Source: Amoebophrya sp. A120 (lineage: Eukaryota > Protista > Dinoflagellata). From it: DNA of 64,000 nt. Where the stretch lies: assembly GCA_905178155.1 (NCBI GenBank), contig CAJINV010000003.1, positions 8,597,097 to 8,661,096 on the forward strand, written 5' to 3'. A model generated the notes under the pieces. It made no database searches, had not been told where the DNA came from, and saw only the letters and a program-made list of their open reading frames with translations. Of the stretch, positions 1 through 12,260 are shown one piece after another (the first letter of the stretch is position 1; each line of letters opens with the position of its first letter). Made by a program: the position numbers and the translations under genes.

Positions 1-457
1 CTTGATCCTTTCGGAGCTCCAGGGCTCCGCTGGGTCCCACTTGAAGTGGGAGCAGATGGGTTGACAATACGTCTCGAACGCCTTCTGCTGCTGCTTCTTC
101 GTCGCCGCGGAGAGTTTCTGGCCCTCGAACTCCTGGGCCAGTTCCTCAACTGCTGCCGGGTTCGCACTTAGTCCGGCGAGAACGTCGCCGATCTTCCCCG
201 GCAAACCGGCGGATCTTCCCCGGCAAACCGGCGCACATTTTCTGGTGACTATCTCCGGCTACTGCCTTCTTCTCCTCCCGGACGAACCTCCGCTTCTTGG
301 CGGGCTCATGCGGGTGACCCTTATCGCTGCCCAGCGGCGGGTCGCTAGATTCCTGAGGGCCGGCGCCCTGGCATTCCTGAGGTTCGCGCACGTCGACATC
401 GCAGCCGAAGAGGACGTCGGCCCCGGCTCCGATCATCGCAAGGTAATCCGCGTCCAT
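1..457 (-). CDS. Hypothetical protein, 5' part, frameshifted, runs off the window edge
   Basis: ATG at 457 (MDADYLAMIGAG...). The ORF stops at 146, but another frame continues EELAQEFEGQKLSAATKKQQQKAFETYCQPICSHFKW to position 1. Confidence 0.4.
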
Positions 458-509
458 TTTTCTTTCCGTAGTTCTGGCTTTGCACAGCTTGAAAAAAAAA
501 TTCTTGGGC

Positions 510-1384
510 CCTTGCACTATGTTGAACTGCAACACCTGTACGGCTGTCCCTTGCCTATGGCTATGATCATCAACGAGCGCGGGATCTGGTCTACCTAATG
601 ATATCCATTATCACGCCAAACCAAGCCAGCCCGTTGATAAAGATCGTCATTAGGTCGAACACATCCTGAGAAACACACAGACACGACAATCCTACTGTGG
701 GAGTTCCCTTCTTGCTTGTATCTCTTTATTTCTGTGCTCGGCGACCTGTCCTAGACTTTTGGCCGCGAGCGTTGTGCCCGTGAGCTTCTTGTGTTCATTT
801 CAAAGTATCAAGCGTTATCATGTTGGACCAAAGATGTACACCGGCAAACCGGCGCACATTTTGCGGAGCCGAAGGTGAAGCGCCGGCGAACCTCCTACCG
901 GGGTGTAGATGCCGCAGACCCAGACCTCACTGGGGATGGGCTGCGTACACACTCCCCTCACAGGCAGAAGGCTCACGCCCGGTCGGCTTCCCTCTCCTCC
1001 GGCGGCTGCCGGCAAACCGGCGCACATTCTCAATTTGCACGGAGCGAAGCCCCGCGCGCCTGGCAGAGTTTGCGTTCACCTCTTGTGCTCCTCGAAACTC
1101 CGGGCCAACGCAGTTTGCGCCCACCTAAAGGAGGACGCTCGGAACAGGTCGCCGAACACCTTCCCTGGCAGAGCAGGGTCACCCTTTCGGGTGAACGGGT
1201 TCACACTTCCTTTTCTTGGCCGCGTGTCTCGCACGCTGCTTGTCCGCCAAATGCTGCCGTCGTCCTGTGCTCTCCAGCATCTCCCGAGNCCTTGCACTAT
1301 GTTGAACTGCAACACCTGTACGGCTGTCCCTTGCCTATGGCTATGATCATCAACGAGCGCGGGATCTGGTCTACCTAATGATAT
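510..1384 (+). repeat. 95-bp exact direct repeat (510-604 and 1290-1384), second copy directly after an N
   Basis: ccttgcactatgttgaactg...ctacctaatgatat occurs twice; N at 1289. Confidence 0.9.
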
Positions 1385-2201
1385 TGATTTTGTCGGCGCC
1401 GAAGTGGTCGCGACGAGTGGGGATGTCGTCCCACCTCGCAGAATACGTCGAGTCTTGGTCGAGGTATCTACTTACTTCCATTCCAGTTCCTGAAAGCGGT
1501 ATGTCATCCGTGAAGTACGAATCGAAATCCGGCGAGAGCCGTAGCCCGGCGTACGCTGCGTTCACAATCGGAGGAGAAATCGCTATTTGGCGAAAGTCAA
1601 ACAGTTCCCCAGGAAAACGAGAAATCGGGGCAGCTTTTGCCAAGAAGTACCCGGCTGCAATTTTGTTTCGCCTACTTTTCGCCTCTTTTGCAGCCAAGGG
1701 GCGATGCAAAGAGGCCGGGTTTCTTTTCTCAGTTGCCTGGTGGAGGTCGAGGTCGGTCTCGATGCCCCGTCTTTGACTTTGGGCGTCCTCGACCATCTGC
1801 TCGTTTATTTCCGCTTCTATTGCTCTTCTGCTTGGCTTTGGCCAGCGCAAATTTGGAGAGCCAATTTGAATTTGTGCGGTCGGCCAGCGCAAATTTGGAG
1901 AGCCAATCTGTTCCGGCGTGTACACGCGGCCTTCCTCTTCGGCCTCACGGTCACGAAAGTTACCGATTCGCTCCCCCGCGCCAAGCAGCTTGTTCAGCTC
2001 CGCCAACACTTCAATCTCGTCGTTTGCGTGTGTCGGGAACCGGTTGGCGCGGCGGTTCTCGTCAACTTCCTTCAGCGGTATCTGGTGAAGAGGTTCTCGG
2101 ACATGCGCATCCCACATCATGTGTTCCTGGTCCATCGTGTTTCTGCTTTTGGGCGAATCGGCTCCCCCGATATTTGGCGACAGCTTTTTCGCAAAATGCA
2201 A
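1371..2201 (-). CDS. Hypothetical protein exon(s)
   Basis: 276-codon ORF with protein-like composition and an internal duplication QIGSPNLRWP x2. No family recognised. Confidence 0.45.
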   Translation of the reverse strand: MHFAKKLSPNIGGADSPKSRNTMDQEHMMWDAHVREPLHQIPLKEVDENRRANRFPTHANDEIEVLAELNKLLGAGERIGNFRDREAEEEGRVYTPEQIGSPNLRWPTAQIQIGSPNLRWPKPSRRAIEAEINEQMVEDAQSQRRGIETDLDLHQATEKRNPASLHRPLAAKEAKSRRNKIAAGYFLAKAAPISRFPGELFDFRQIAISPPIVNAAYAGLRLSPDFDSYFTDDIPLSGTGMEVSRYLDQDSTYSARWDDIPTRRDHFGADKINIIR

Positions 2202-3850
2202 ACCAATTTGACGCTGTGCCGCCCACCGTATCTGATCTCTGTGCGCGTCCTACTCCGATGAACTCGCCCCCCACCCCCAAAACACTATTGTTATTTGGGT
2301 GATCCAAAAAGCACACGTCGGGGGTTCAAATAGTTCCTTTTTTGGTGACCAAGTAACGCGTTTTTTTGTTTACGTGCCTCACGCTCTCCTGGACCTGAGG
2401 GCATTGGCTTCTAAAATAGCGCAGCGCTTGACCTCAAAACCCTTGGTATTTCGGCGACAAAGTGCTGTCGGTATCTGCTTGGTCGCAGAGGATTTCGGCA
2501 GCGAGAACAGGACCGGGGTCGTCTTGGTAAGGTTCTTGGAGTAGTACTAGGCACCCGGCTGGGGAGGAAGCGCGCGCCGGCCGGTGGTTCACAAAGAGGT
2601 AGACGGGCATGAAGTTTCCGTGCGCGTAACTTTATACACCAAGGCACGCCTCAGCTTTTTGGTGGAGTAGTTGGAACAAAACAGCTGGCGCCAGCGCCAC
2701 ACTTAATTATTGGAATGAATTTTGCTGATCTACTCCAGCGCAGGAGAAGACATCTCGCGCGAAACTTCATACACCTTGGTATACTGCAGTCAGCGACGCA
2801 ACTTTTTTCGTCTTTTGTAGCCATCATGCTGCACAAGCAGATATAATGTCGGCGCTTCGCGTTCGGCAACCCGGATTACACTCGCCGGCGGCCCGGCGCA
2901 GATTTTTGGCGCGTTCCACATCGAACACACCATGCGGATTAGCGATCAAAAGGCGCTCGCCGAAGTCATCGGCTTTGCATATTAATTACGGATAGGCTTT
3001 TCTTGCCGGTAAAATAACGGCTTTTTTGGCGGCTGCAAATCCATGTACTATCCGATTTGCGGCCCATGCACATGCAAAACAAAAACAGCCGGGGCATATA
3101 GTTTGCTGCATGAATGCAGCTAAAGATGACCAAAACTCCTGCTACTTTATGCCGTGGCATAGAACGCCACGCGCCGCATTATGATGCACTTTCCGCGGAG
3201 GAGGTGTAATAGATAACGCGCCAAAGATCTTCGCGAGCTTTCTAAATTTGAAGAAGCCTCCGCTCACGGCTGACAGCATGGCAAACGTGGCGCGGGCCCG
3301 ATGGTTCGGGGCGATGTATTTGGCGACGTGGTTGGATCGTGTTCTCTCATAAAGATTTACCACCCCTACTTATCTCCTATTGCTTTGCCAGGCACAGCAT
3401 GCGTTTCTGCGGCGCCCCACGTCCTCTCGCTGTCGGGCATCTCCGCGACCAAATGCCGCGACTTTGTCGAAATGTTGAAGCAGCCTCTGCAGCCAAGCAG
3501 TGCGCTACTTGTACTTGGTGAGCAGATAGCGAAGCAATTGTGTATTTTCTGATCAAAATAAGGCGCGTCACTTGCTTACCAAAAGGCGCGCGTTTTCTTT
3601 TTGGTTGTTTAGTTATCCAATCCAAGAACGAAGCGAGCCCATTTGGCGTATGTCGGCGGTCCTCCCGGCAAGTCCACAGGACGCAGGCCCCGGCCCACCA
3701 AGGCGGAGCCGCAGCCGAGGAGAACCCAGCACAGAGAGCGGATGAACCTCGGAACAGGAGGGCCAGCCGACGAGCGCCAAAGAGGCGACAGCGCGGAAGT
3801 AAGATGTTAAATCGCAATTATAGAAGGCGTTGCGGAAGCCGCAAGGCAAC

Positions 3851-4036
3851 GTCACAAGCGTGACGCGAATAGCAACAAAATGCTGCAGTAGCCAAAGCTG
3901 GCTAGTGTCACAAGCGTGACGTCACAAGCGTGACGTCACAAGCGTGACAAAAACTAGCAACAAAGATGTTGCAGGAGCCAAAGGAGCTGGCGGGCCAAAG
4001 CTGCCGGTGTCACAAGCGTGGCGTCACAAGCGTGAC
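3851..4036. repeat. Cluster of ~6 GTCACAAGCGTGAC mini-hairpin repeats
   Basis: 14-bp motif (GTCAC-AAGC-GTGAC) occurs singly, as a triplet at ~3907-3948, and as a pair at ~4008-4036. Confidence 0.85.
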
Positions 4037-4301
4037 ATGAGTAGGCAAAACTGCCAAGCGAGCAAAGCTGCTCAATAGCTGCGAAAAAAGCAGGAAAATC
4101 AAAAAGCTTTGACCTTCCATCGCGCGCCCGCTGCCCGATTCATGCATGTATTGGATCCAGCTAACTAAATAGCTCCCGCGCCAAGGCTCGAGCGACGCTC
4201 ACAGGCTCGTTTACTCTTTCCTTGCTGCGTATGCATTTTAAAAAGGGCATGTGCTTGGGTGGGACATAACACGGGCGTTTTGGGGGGGGTGGGGGGCGAG
4301 T

Positions 4302-4460
4302 TCATTGGCGTACGTCCGAGTTGATGTCGTAGTGCTTCGTCTTTGCCACTTTGGTGCGGCTGTCGCCGTCATTGTAGTTGCCAGATAGTTTGTTCTGCGT
4401 TTCGACATTGTCGGGCTCTATTGCCTTGACGCGGGGGTACAGACGGTTTTCGTCGTAGGC
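4302..4460 (-). CDS. Host gene A, terminal exon (AYDENRLYPRVK...DVRQ*)
   Basis: Acceptor cccccatAG at 4462-4461; 53 open codons ending TGA. The preceding intron 4461-4562 is GT-AG in phase 0. Confidence 0.65.
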   Translation of the reverse strand, partial: AYDENRLYPRVKAIEPDNVETQNKLSGNYNDGDSRTKVAKTKHYDINSDVRQ

Positions 4461-4562
4461 CTATGGGGGGAAAGCTGGGAAATGTTTCGCACCTATATCG
4501 TGCTAGCTCGCACGGCAGACCGTGCTAGGTATTACGAGATAGGCATGAAGCGCTTGCACTAC

Positions 4563-4720
4563 TTTATTTTTCGTTGATACGTAACTGCGGTCCGCTGGAA
4601 ATGGTACGTGGCTGTCGCCACTATCGCCGAGCGGTGTGATGCCGTGTGCCTCTCTGCTCGCGAAATTACGGACGACGTGGCTGCAATACTGCTTGAGTTC
4701 GGCGTTGGGACATGTGCGGA
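4563..4720 (-). CDS. Host gene A exon (RTCPNAELKQYCSHVVRNF...STKNK)
   Basis: Open frame that joins in frame to both neighbouring exons once the introns are removed. Confidence 0.65.
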
Positions 4721-5191
4721 TGTCAGTTTTGCGCACGTACGTGCGTGCGAAGCGACTTTGTGAGATTGGCGCTTGCGCGCGCGCCGAGATTTTTGCGAGG
4801 AGAGCGCATGCATGCTTCCTGTTTTGGAAAGTGCGCGCTCGCGCGAAGAGTCTGTCCGGAGCGCACGCCACGCGTGCAACACTTAGTCTGCGATCGGGCG
4901 CACGATCCTGCGATCTTGCACGTTTGCGATCGCAAGCGCGCACGGGAGCTCTGTTCGGACCGCGCGCGCGCGCAAGGCTTGGTCTGCGGTCGCACGCTCG
5001 ATCCTGCGATCTCGCGACCTTGATTGCGACTGCAAGATCGCAAGCGCGCGCGCAAGGCTTGGCTTGCGATCGCCGCGTGCGCGCGGGCCTACGACTTTGC
5101 GATCGCGCAAACGTCTGCGCGTGCGCGTTCGCGCGCAAGCGCAAATCGCGCAAAGTTGCACGCACGCACTAGCACGCACGCAAAACTCACA
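4721..5191. mobile_element. 471-bp TIR element / introner-like non-canonical intron
   Basis: Imperfect ~60-bp TIRs (tgtcagttttgcg... / ...cgcaaaactcaca); 3-bp direct repeat GGA at 4718-4720 and 5192-5194; internal gcgatc repeats; GTGAGT donor on the minus strand; removal restores the frame. Confidence 0.8.
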
Positions 5192-5578
5192 GGACATCCA
5201 AATTTTTTTGGGGCATACAAAAATTTTCCGGTGTCAAAATTTCATAATCGGGCAGTTCCAGTTCCTGTGGCCCTTTGCGCTCCTTGAAGACATATGTGTA
5301 GCCATCTATCATACGGTACCCGGTTTGTTGCCTTTTATCATCCTCCTGGTCCTGACCACCACCACCCATCCTGCGTCGATCTGTAACTACCTGCGACAGA
5401 GAACCACTTTGCTCGACCCAACGGTCGCCGCTCTGAGTTTCCACTGCATCTGGAAGCTGGCTCTGCCAAGCGGTATAGAAGCCTGTGCCACTCAACAAAG
5501 TTCCGCCGAGAATCAATCGGTGGCTGTCGTCGACTTTTTGTTCTTGCGCATCCGGGTGGAGCCAGCCCTTGCCCTCAT
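5192..5578 (-). CDS. Host gene A exon (EGKGWLHPDAQEQ...PQKNLDV)
   Basis: Part of ORF 5187-5609; in frame with exon 29105-29289 after removal of the 23.5-kb element. Confidence 0.7.
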
Positions 5579-5579
5579 C

Positions 5580-5844
5580 TATGAATGGACAAGTTGATGT
5601 TCGCGACATATTGGCGAGAGGAATAAATCCGGGTTAGGTGCTGAATATATTCAGCGAAGGTGATGAATAAATTACGGCCGCCACCGCAATCTGTTCATCA
5701 CCCAACGCGTTTACTCAGCACCTAACCCGGATTTATTTGCTCGAAGATCAACCGATGATCAACACGAACCGAAAAAAACTGTGATCTCGAATCACGGCGC
5801 AAGCATTAAAATAGTTGCTGTTTATAGTAGAACCACAACTATTT
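5580..5844 (+). repeat. Left TIR of the giant element, with an internal long hairpin
   Basis: Reverse complement of 28839-29103; internal stem aataaatccgggttaggtgctga / tcagcacctaacccggatttatt at 5622-5737. Confidence 0.95.
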
Positions 5845-6899
5845 TTTTTTTCAACCGATTCTTTGTGCAACTAGGCGGTGTCGGGGCGTCTTCGCGTCAA
5901 GCAATAGCAAACCGAACAAGACATAACGACCCTGCGAGATCCATCTATCATCACGACCGACCTAGAAGTCGTCGCGAAGAAATTAAATTATTCTGCTTGG
6001 ACATGAAGACATCTCTCTCACTGTGATGCGGCGCATGACTTTTCTGAATTGCATCGACGCAATAACTGCTAGAGCTGCCGACAACTGGACTCAGGTGATG
6101 GCAGGCACAACATCAAAGATCGAGTATTATGTTTGTGTTGTATTTTTTGTAGCTGGACATCAACACCGAGTACCGAGATAAGTGCGCATGTGATCGTAGG
6201 AAAGGGAGATAAGCGAAACCGATCGACACCGATGGCAGGGCAGCAACGCGGATGGGAGGCCTGGATGGCGAAGGTCGTCACCACATTGCAACAGATGTAG
6301 ACACACCTAGAGACTTTTTCAAAACGGCACCAAGCTTGCGACTATGACTACAGTGACAGGCTAAAGCTAAAGCCGAGACCTTCGCGACTTGTCGGCGCAC
6401 GCGGACCACGCGAGCTATAAAAGGGCAGCTGATTGAAGTCTTACTGATACCAACAGGCTGTGAGAGCTTCCATCATTGCGCATTCATTGTTCGCATGCGT
6501 AGAGATTCGCTGGCGACGACATCGATGTCAGTTCCCATGTAGTGTTCATCTGTCTGGCTTCGTGCTTGTTTTATTTTGTATGACCAGAGTCCACTTTCTA
6601 TTGTGCCACTACGTCTTCGTCTGCATCGAGACAACTGCTCGCACTGTTGTCATTGTCGGCGTGGTAGTAGTGTACGAGATTCGAATAGCTTCGCCCGCTC
6701 GGTGTGACATCGCAGACTTGCGCTAGAAGGCGCATTTTTCACAGAGTTCACCTGCCGCCAGGGCGCGCGGTCCGTCGTTTTCGGTAGCAACTGAGAAGAA
6801 CACTGCTTCTGCTGTCGTGCCGCAGTGCGTTTCCAGCTGCAAGGAAACCCAGCCGGAAGCACATTGAAAACGCATCCGCAGCGCGCCCCAGTTTGGGAG

Positions 6900-7381
6900 C
6901 AGCACCGGAAGGGTGCTTGGCTTTTCTCCCGAGCTGTTAGCTGTGTTTAGCATAGGTATTCTGGCTACCCAGAGGGAAGGTTTCCGGTAGGATATTGAAA
7001 GAGAATCTGCAGGCTAGGAGGAGGATATTGGAAGCGGATGGGAGTTTTTTTTTTCCCGAGTTGCTGCGTTTAGCACAGCAATTCTGGCTACCTGGGGAAA
7101 AGATTTCCTGGTAGGATACTGGGAGGGTATCTCCAGGATAGTTGGAGGATATTGGGAACGGATGGGAAAAGTTCGTCTGTTTGCCCGCGCTGCTGTGTTT
7201 AGCGCAGCAATTCTGGCGACCTAGGGAAAAGATCTCCCAATAGGGCGCTGGGAGGGTATCAGGGTAATGGAGGAATAGTGGCATAGTGGGAAGGTGCGGG
7301 TAATGGGATGGAGAATTTTGTTTGTTTTCCCCGAGTTGCTGTGTTTAGCACAGCAATTCTGGCTACCCAGGGGAAAGATTT
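6900..7381. repeat. Degenerate ~130-bp tandem repeat x4
   Basis: gctgtgtttagcacagcaattctggctacc...gggaaaagat recurs at ~6940, 7063, 7192 and 7338. Confidence 0.8.
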
Positions 7382-8811
7382 CTCTCAGGCAGCCGGCCCG
7401 TGGCAAGCTATTTCGTTAATTCCTGGCTGAAGTTTGGCTAATCCCCAAAGCGAAGGAGGGCAGGCGCAAGAGGGACCCGACTAGAAAGCGCGCCGGGGGT
7501 GCCGCCATACTTCCGGGGGCGCAAAGCCATCGCGGGCGCCGCCCTCCGGGCACCCCCCCCCGCGCCCCCCTGCAGGGGAGGCGGGCGCGCGCCGGGAAAG
7601 GCGCCAAAGGGTGCCCCGGCACCGAAGAAAGGCCTAGGAGCCTGCGAAGCCTGCGCGCGGGGGGCCTCCGCCAAATCACAAAGGAGGCCGGAACGCGACC
7701 CCGGCGGGCCTGTTGTTTGTGGGTTTCCAGAGCGACACCCCTTCAATCTTCGGGGCAAATTGGGAAAGGCACCGGTCGGGGGGAATCCATTCAAAGACGC
7801 AAAGGCCACGGGCGGGCGGGAGCTGCGGGCGGGCGGACTGCCGAGAAAAAGCAGGACACGTGGTGGCAAATGGCGCCAACTGAAAGCCCAATGCTCTGGC
7901 GGAGTGACTGCCCCCCGGGGGCAGGTTAATTCCTTGGGTTTTTGGGGTAATTTGTGGTCTAATTTATAGTATAATCTGTAGTCTAATTTTTGTTCTAATT
8001 CCAAAACCAACGAAACCTTCCCGATTTCGTTGTGGTCAGATTAACCCCGGAAATTACCGCCGGGATTACCCTCTTCATTAGCCGCCCGGGATCGGGGTGG
8101 TGCGTGAAAGACCAAAAAGCCCCGGCCTCACGCCTGCCTGATTTCCAGAGCCGGGCCCACTGCGCGCTGCCCCCCATAAATGCAAAGGCGCCGGGCCCCG
8201 GTGGATTTGAGCCATGGCCACGAGGGGCAGCCCCTGTGTGCCAAACCACACCACAGGACCCCCCTCCCTTGCAAAGATACCGGACAAAGAAAAACCGAAG
8301 GCCCGGGCAAGGGCCCGACCCGAGACATTCCCTGAGGTAAGGGAAAAGAGCGCCCGAGGGCAGGCCACCACCAAAAGCCAAGGCGCCGCGCGCGCGAAAA
8401 GGCCCAATGATAAGCGGCCCCCATCCCCAAGAGGACGGGGGAGAACACACAACCAGGGGAGACGGCCCGGAAGCTTACGACACCCGGGAAAACAAAAAGC
8501 GGGGGCGCCACACTATGCCGCGCCCCCCTCCCCGAATGCGGCGCGTGCCCAAAGGGTGCCGCACCCAACCAGCCGGCCCGCGATTCCCGGAATTAGTGAC
8601 ATTTTAAAAAAATTTTACTAGCGGAAAATGCCTCGGGCCGGCTGCCTGATTTCTCAGGAGGATAGGTGGCAATCCATGTACAGCTTGCAGGGATGCGATC
8701 GTCGCCTTCACTCTCCGGCTGCCTGATCGCGTTGCTCTCCTCGGACGCGCGACCGGGTGAGCTTTGTTTTTCCTTAGGGATTTCAGTAAGAAAGTGCCAC
8801 GCGATCGCGCG

Positions 8812-9600
8812 GATCCGAGTGGCCCCCTACTCATTCCGGCGCGGGCGACTCCCCCCCGCCCTTTCGATGTGATGACATTGCGCCCCAATCTGTGTGAATG
8901 ATTTTAAGATCTAAGATTATAACTTTAAGATCTTAAGCGCATGACTTTTGCGATGAAGATTCACACGCGGGGGGCCCTCGCCCCCCCCCCGCGCCCCCCC
9001 CGATCCGAGTGGCCCCCTACTCATTCCGGCGCGGGCGACCCCCCCCCGCCCTTTCGATATGATGACACTGCGCCCCAATCTGTGTGAATGATTTTAAGAC
9101 CGCAGATTGTACCTTTAAGATCGAAGCCGATGACTTTTGAGATGACGACTTACATGCGGGGGGCCCTCGCCCCCCCCCCGCGCCCCCCCCGCCCTTTCAA
9201 TATGATGACGCTGCGCCCCAATCTGTGTGATTTGTAGATTATGGCTTGAGATCGAAAGTATTTTTTGTGATCGAGATTATGGCCTGCGATCGATATTATG
9301 ATTAAGATTTTGATAGTGTCGGACGATTTAAGATTAAAACTTTTATTGAGATTCGAGACGATTTGAGATTGCGACTGAAGATTCAGATCGAGACGATTTG
9401 AGAATGCGCCTTAAGATTCAGACTAAGGCCGAGACTCGATCTAAGAATCAGACTCGATTTAAGACTGACGAAGTTGAATTTTTCACGAAGTTGAGTTATT
9501 CAGTTTAAATTTTTCACGAAGTTGAATTATTCAATTTGAACTCTTCACGAAGTTGAATTATTCAATTTGAACTTTCGAACAAATTGAATTATTCGCAAGT
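8812..9600. repeat. ~190-bp repeat x2-3, then AT-rich low-complexity sequence and a 31-bp tandem (acgaagttgaattattcaatttgaa)
   Basis: gatccgagtggccccctactcattccggcg at 8812 and 9002; gcgccccaatctgtgtga three times. Confidence 0.8.
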
Positions 9601-10077
9601 CTTGCGATGAAATTGTAGATATGGCTATCAATCAGCAGCGTGTGCGACAGTGTCGCCAACTTCTAAGCACCGCGAAAATATGATAGACGGGCTCGCTCAT
9701 ATTGTCGCTCTTGTTATTGTAATACTACGTCACCGCTACTGTCCATCAACTGTGCATTAAGTGTATAGCTCAAAACTGTCGGTCGCGCGAGCACAACCAA
9801 CAGTCTTCCAAATGTGCCGCGTCATCAACAGACCCCCGATAGACGGGGGCAAACAAAGATGGACGAAGTATTAGCTTTCGTTTTTTAGTGCGAAACAGTG
9901 ATGGTTGATCTCGTGGGGCAAAGGTAGTTGTAAGCAAAAGCAAACTGCGCCAAATATAGCTCGTCGGTGTGTAGCAGAAAGAAAGCGCAAGAGTCAATGT
10001 AACCCACGAGATCGAAACGAATACTATGTCACGCGCGCAGAGTCAGTAAGACTGAGGACCAGGCAGACTGATAATGC

Positions 10078-10272
10078 GTGGCGAAGGGAGGCGATGTCTT
10101 CACTGTGCCTGCAGCGACGACACAACAGGAGCGCGAAGCTGCGGGACTTTTTTATCGCGATGATTTACGAGTCAACTTCTTAACTCTTGAGCTATTTTTC
10201 GACTCTCGGGACAGCTACACACAACTACCAGTCGCAACTGTAGACGGCGGCCGCCCCCTTTTCAAGTTATAG
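10078..10272 (+). CDS. Possible terminal exon of a cargo gene
   Basis: Protein-like short ORF (GLFYRDDLRVNFLTLELFFDSRD) followed by an AT-rich tract. Confidence 0.3.
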   Translation: MAKGGDVFTVPAATTQQEREAAGLFYRDDLRVNFLTLELFFDSRDSYTQLPVATVDGGRPLFKL

Positions 10273-10311
10273 CGTTTCACTTTTCTTTCTTATTATTCTT
10301 ATTTCTCTTTG

Positions 10312-12260
10312 GAGTGGGGTAACAATGAAATCCTTATCCGCCCCCCCGGCGGATAAGCCGGGGGGGGGCCCCCCCCCGGCTTATCCGCCGGCGGGCTGTC
10401 CCGAAATAGGCCCCATGAACTGGCCCGGCCCCGGCGCCGTTTGGATGAGCCCGAGGGAGCCCCGGCCGACACACGGCACGCCGCTGGTGCTTAAGCTTAT
10501 GGCTTTTTTAAGTAATGCGCAGGAAATTGCCAAACGTCGCACCACCGGGATTGATAGAGCAAGAAAATGAAGGGACGCAGCGCGTCAATGTTTGCCATGC
10601 AAACAAAACGAGGCGGAAAGACGTGGCGTTGGGAATTCACACACAGAAACTAGATAGCTTCACACGCCGGGGCCTGTTTAGCGGGTTTGTCAATAGAAGC
10701 CCGGGCCTCGTCATGTTCCAGACAGAAGAGACACACACACAGACCGAGTCCGGCAGCGTGCCTCGCAAACAAGGGCGCCAGGCTTCACACACCTGCGAAC
10801 AGCCTTGGGGCTGTTCGCAGGTGCAAGCACCTCGCTGGCCTTGATTGCAAGCTACTCACAAGCCCCGACGGCTACCAATTCCTTCGCGCTGAAAACAGGC
10901 CACGCAAGACATCACCACTCAGCCCGCAGCCCCATGCAAGTCCCCGGAGCTGCTGCCCCGGCGACCTGGCGCCATGCGTGCCGCGCTGCGAGGCGGCCGG
11001 GGTGTCGCGGGTGAGCCAGCTCGGGGGTGGTAGCTGGTAGCGGGCTGCGGCTTGCCCAGGGCCACAGCCCGCCGCACTGGGCCCCGGGGCCTTTGCGGCG
11101 GGAAAACCCCACCGAGGCCCGAGATGGGAGGCGGGAAAACCTGTAATGGGAACCGAGAAAACCTCACTGGACACAGGGGCCTGCTTCGCATCACTGATTT
11201 CGGGCGGGCATTTGCGCCGCGCCGGAAACCTAGGGCACAAACATTGGCCGGCGGCGGTATGAAAAAAAAAGTCGGTGAACAAAAGTAGAGCGCGCGAGGC
11301 TGTCGCCCGCGCGGCTCAATTGTTTGCTTGGATGCCTATGGCCGTGGCGGAAGCTATTGAACCGCGCTGCGGCAAGCAAACACGCCACCAGCACGGCCCG
11401 GCCCGCGGCCCAGGAAATGGCTGCCCAGCCTAGAGCCCGCTCCTGTCTCGGTAGAATATAAGTCGAGCACACCACCGGGGGGAATTTTACCACGGACGGA
11501 GCCCCACATTTATAAGGGGCGAGCCCTCGGCGCGCAGCCTTGGGCGTTGTCGCGGCCTGTTTCGGTGCGTGGCAGGCTGGGCCCATTGAAAAAGCAGGGG
11601 GGCCCATGGCGGGCAGTGGGCTTGGGTTTCGGTTTGCACAGGCGCACGCCCCTAAAAGGCGGGCGCGCGCAAGATGAAACCCTCAGCCCGTTGCGTTTCA
11701 TTCTACTCGCTTCGGACCCTAGGCCGCTGCCTGCAGACATGCGTGCCCAAGAGCAGGGCGGCATGGCCTGGCAAGTAAGCACATGGCCCGAAGGATATAA
11801 GGGAGGAAGCCCGGTGGCCCTCACGCTGGGAGTTTACTGCTGTGGGGCAAGTTCATTCTGGCCCTGGCCTTGTGGGCCCGCTGCTATTTGCTGGGCCACT
11901 TCTTGCGTGGCGAATTCCCCAAGTTTTTGCACCTTTTGCGTGGCAAGTATGTATCTGCTGGCGGTTTTTTTTAAAGCAGTCCCGGCAGTGGGTGTGGGGC
12001 CTTCAAATGCTGCGCCTGCTACTTTCAAAGAAACACCACAAAGGCCGGCGGCGTCATGCCGTCGGCCTTTGTGGTGTTTCAAAATCTTCCAACAACATGC
12101 CGGATGCTGTCGGCATTTCCGCGTCCTTCAGGCGATGGCAGCGCCCGGCCACTTTGTCGCGGCTATACCGGTACGGCCCGCCGGCGGATAAGCCGGGGGG
12201 GGGCCCCCCCCCGGCTTATCCGCCGGGGGGGCGGATAAGGATTTCATTGTTACCCCACTC
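10312..12260. mobile_element. 1.95-kb non-autonomous TIR element nested in the giant element
   Basis: Perfect 85-bp TIRs at 10312-10396 and 12176-12260; TTG direct repeat at 10309-10311 and 12261-12263; each TIR holds a G9C9-centred palindrome. Confidence 0.9.

Noticed and set aside
1-145. N-terminal SAM-like domain of a second tyrosine recombinase
   Set aside because: The LSAATKKQQQKAFETYC resemblance is too short, and the gene runs off the window.
510-1384. LTR or solo repeat pair
   Set aside because: The second copy begins directly after an N, so a scaffolding overlap artefact is likely.
7400-8800. Many overlapping ORFs here and in other GC-rich or repeat tracts (24000-25100, 32300-34000, 47100-48900, 56500-58400), and antisense ORFs over the LINE
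   Set aside because: Explained by GC richness, repeats or antisense shadows; no protein-like composition or motifs.
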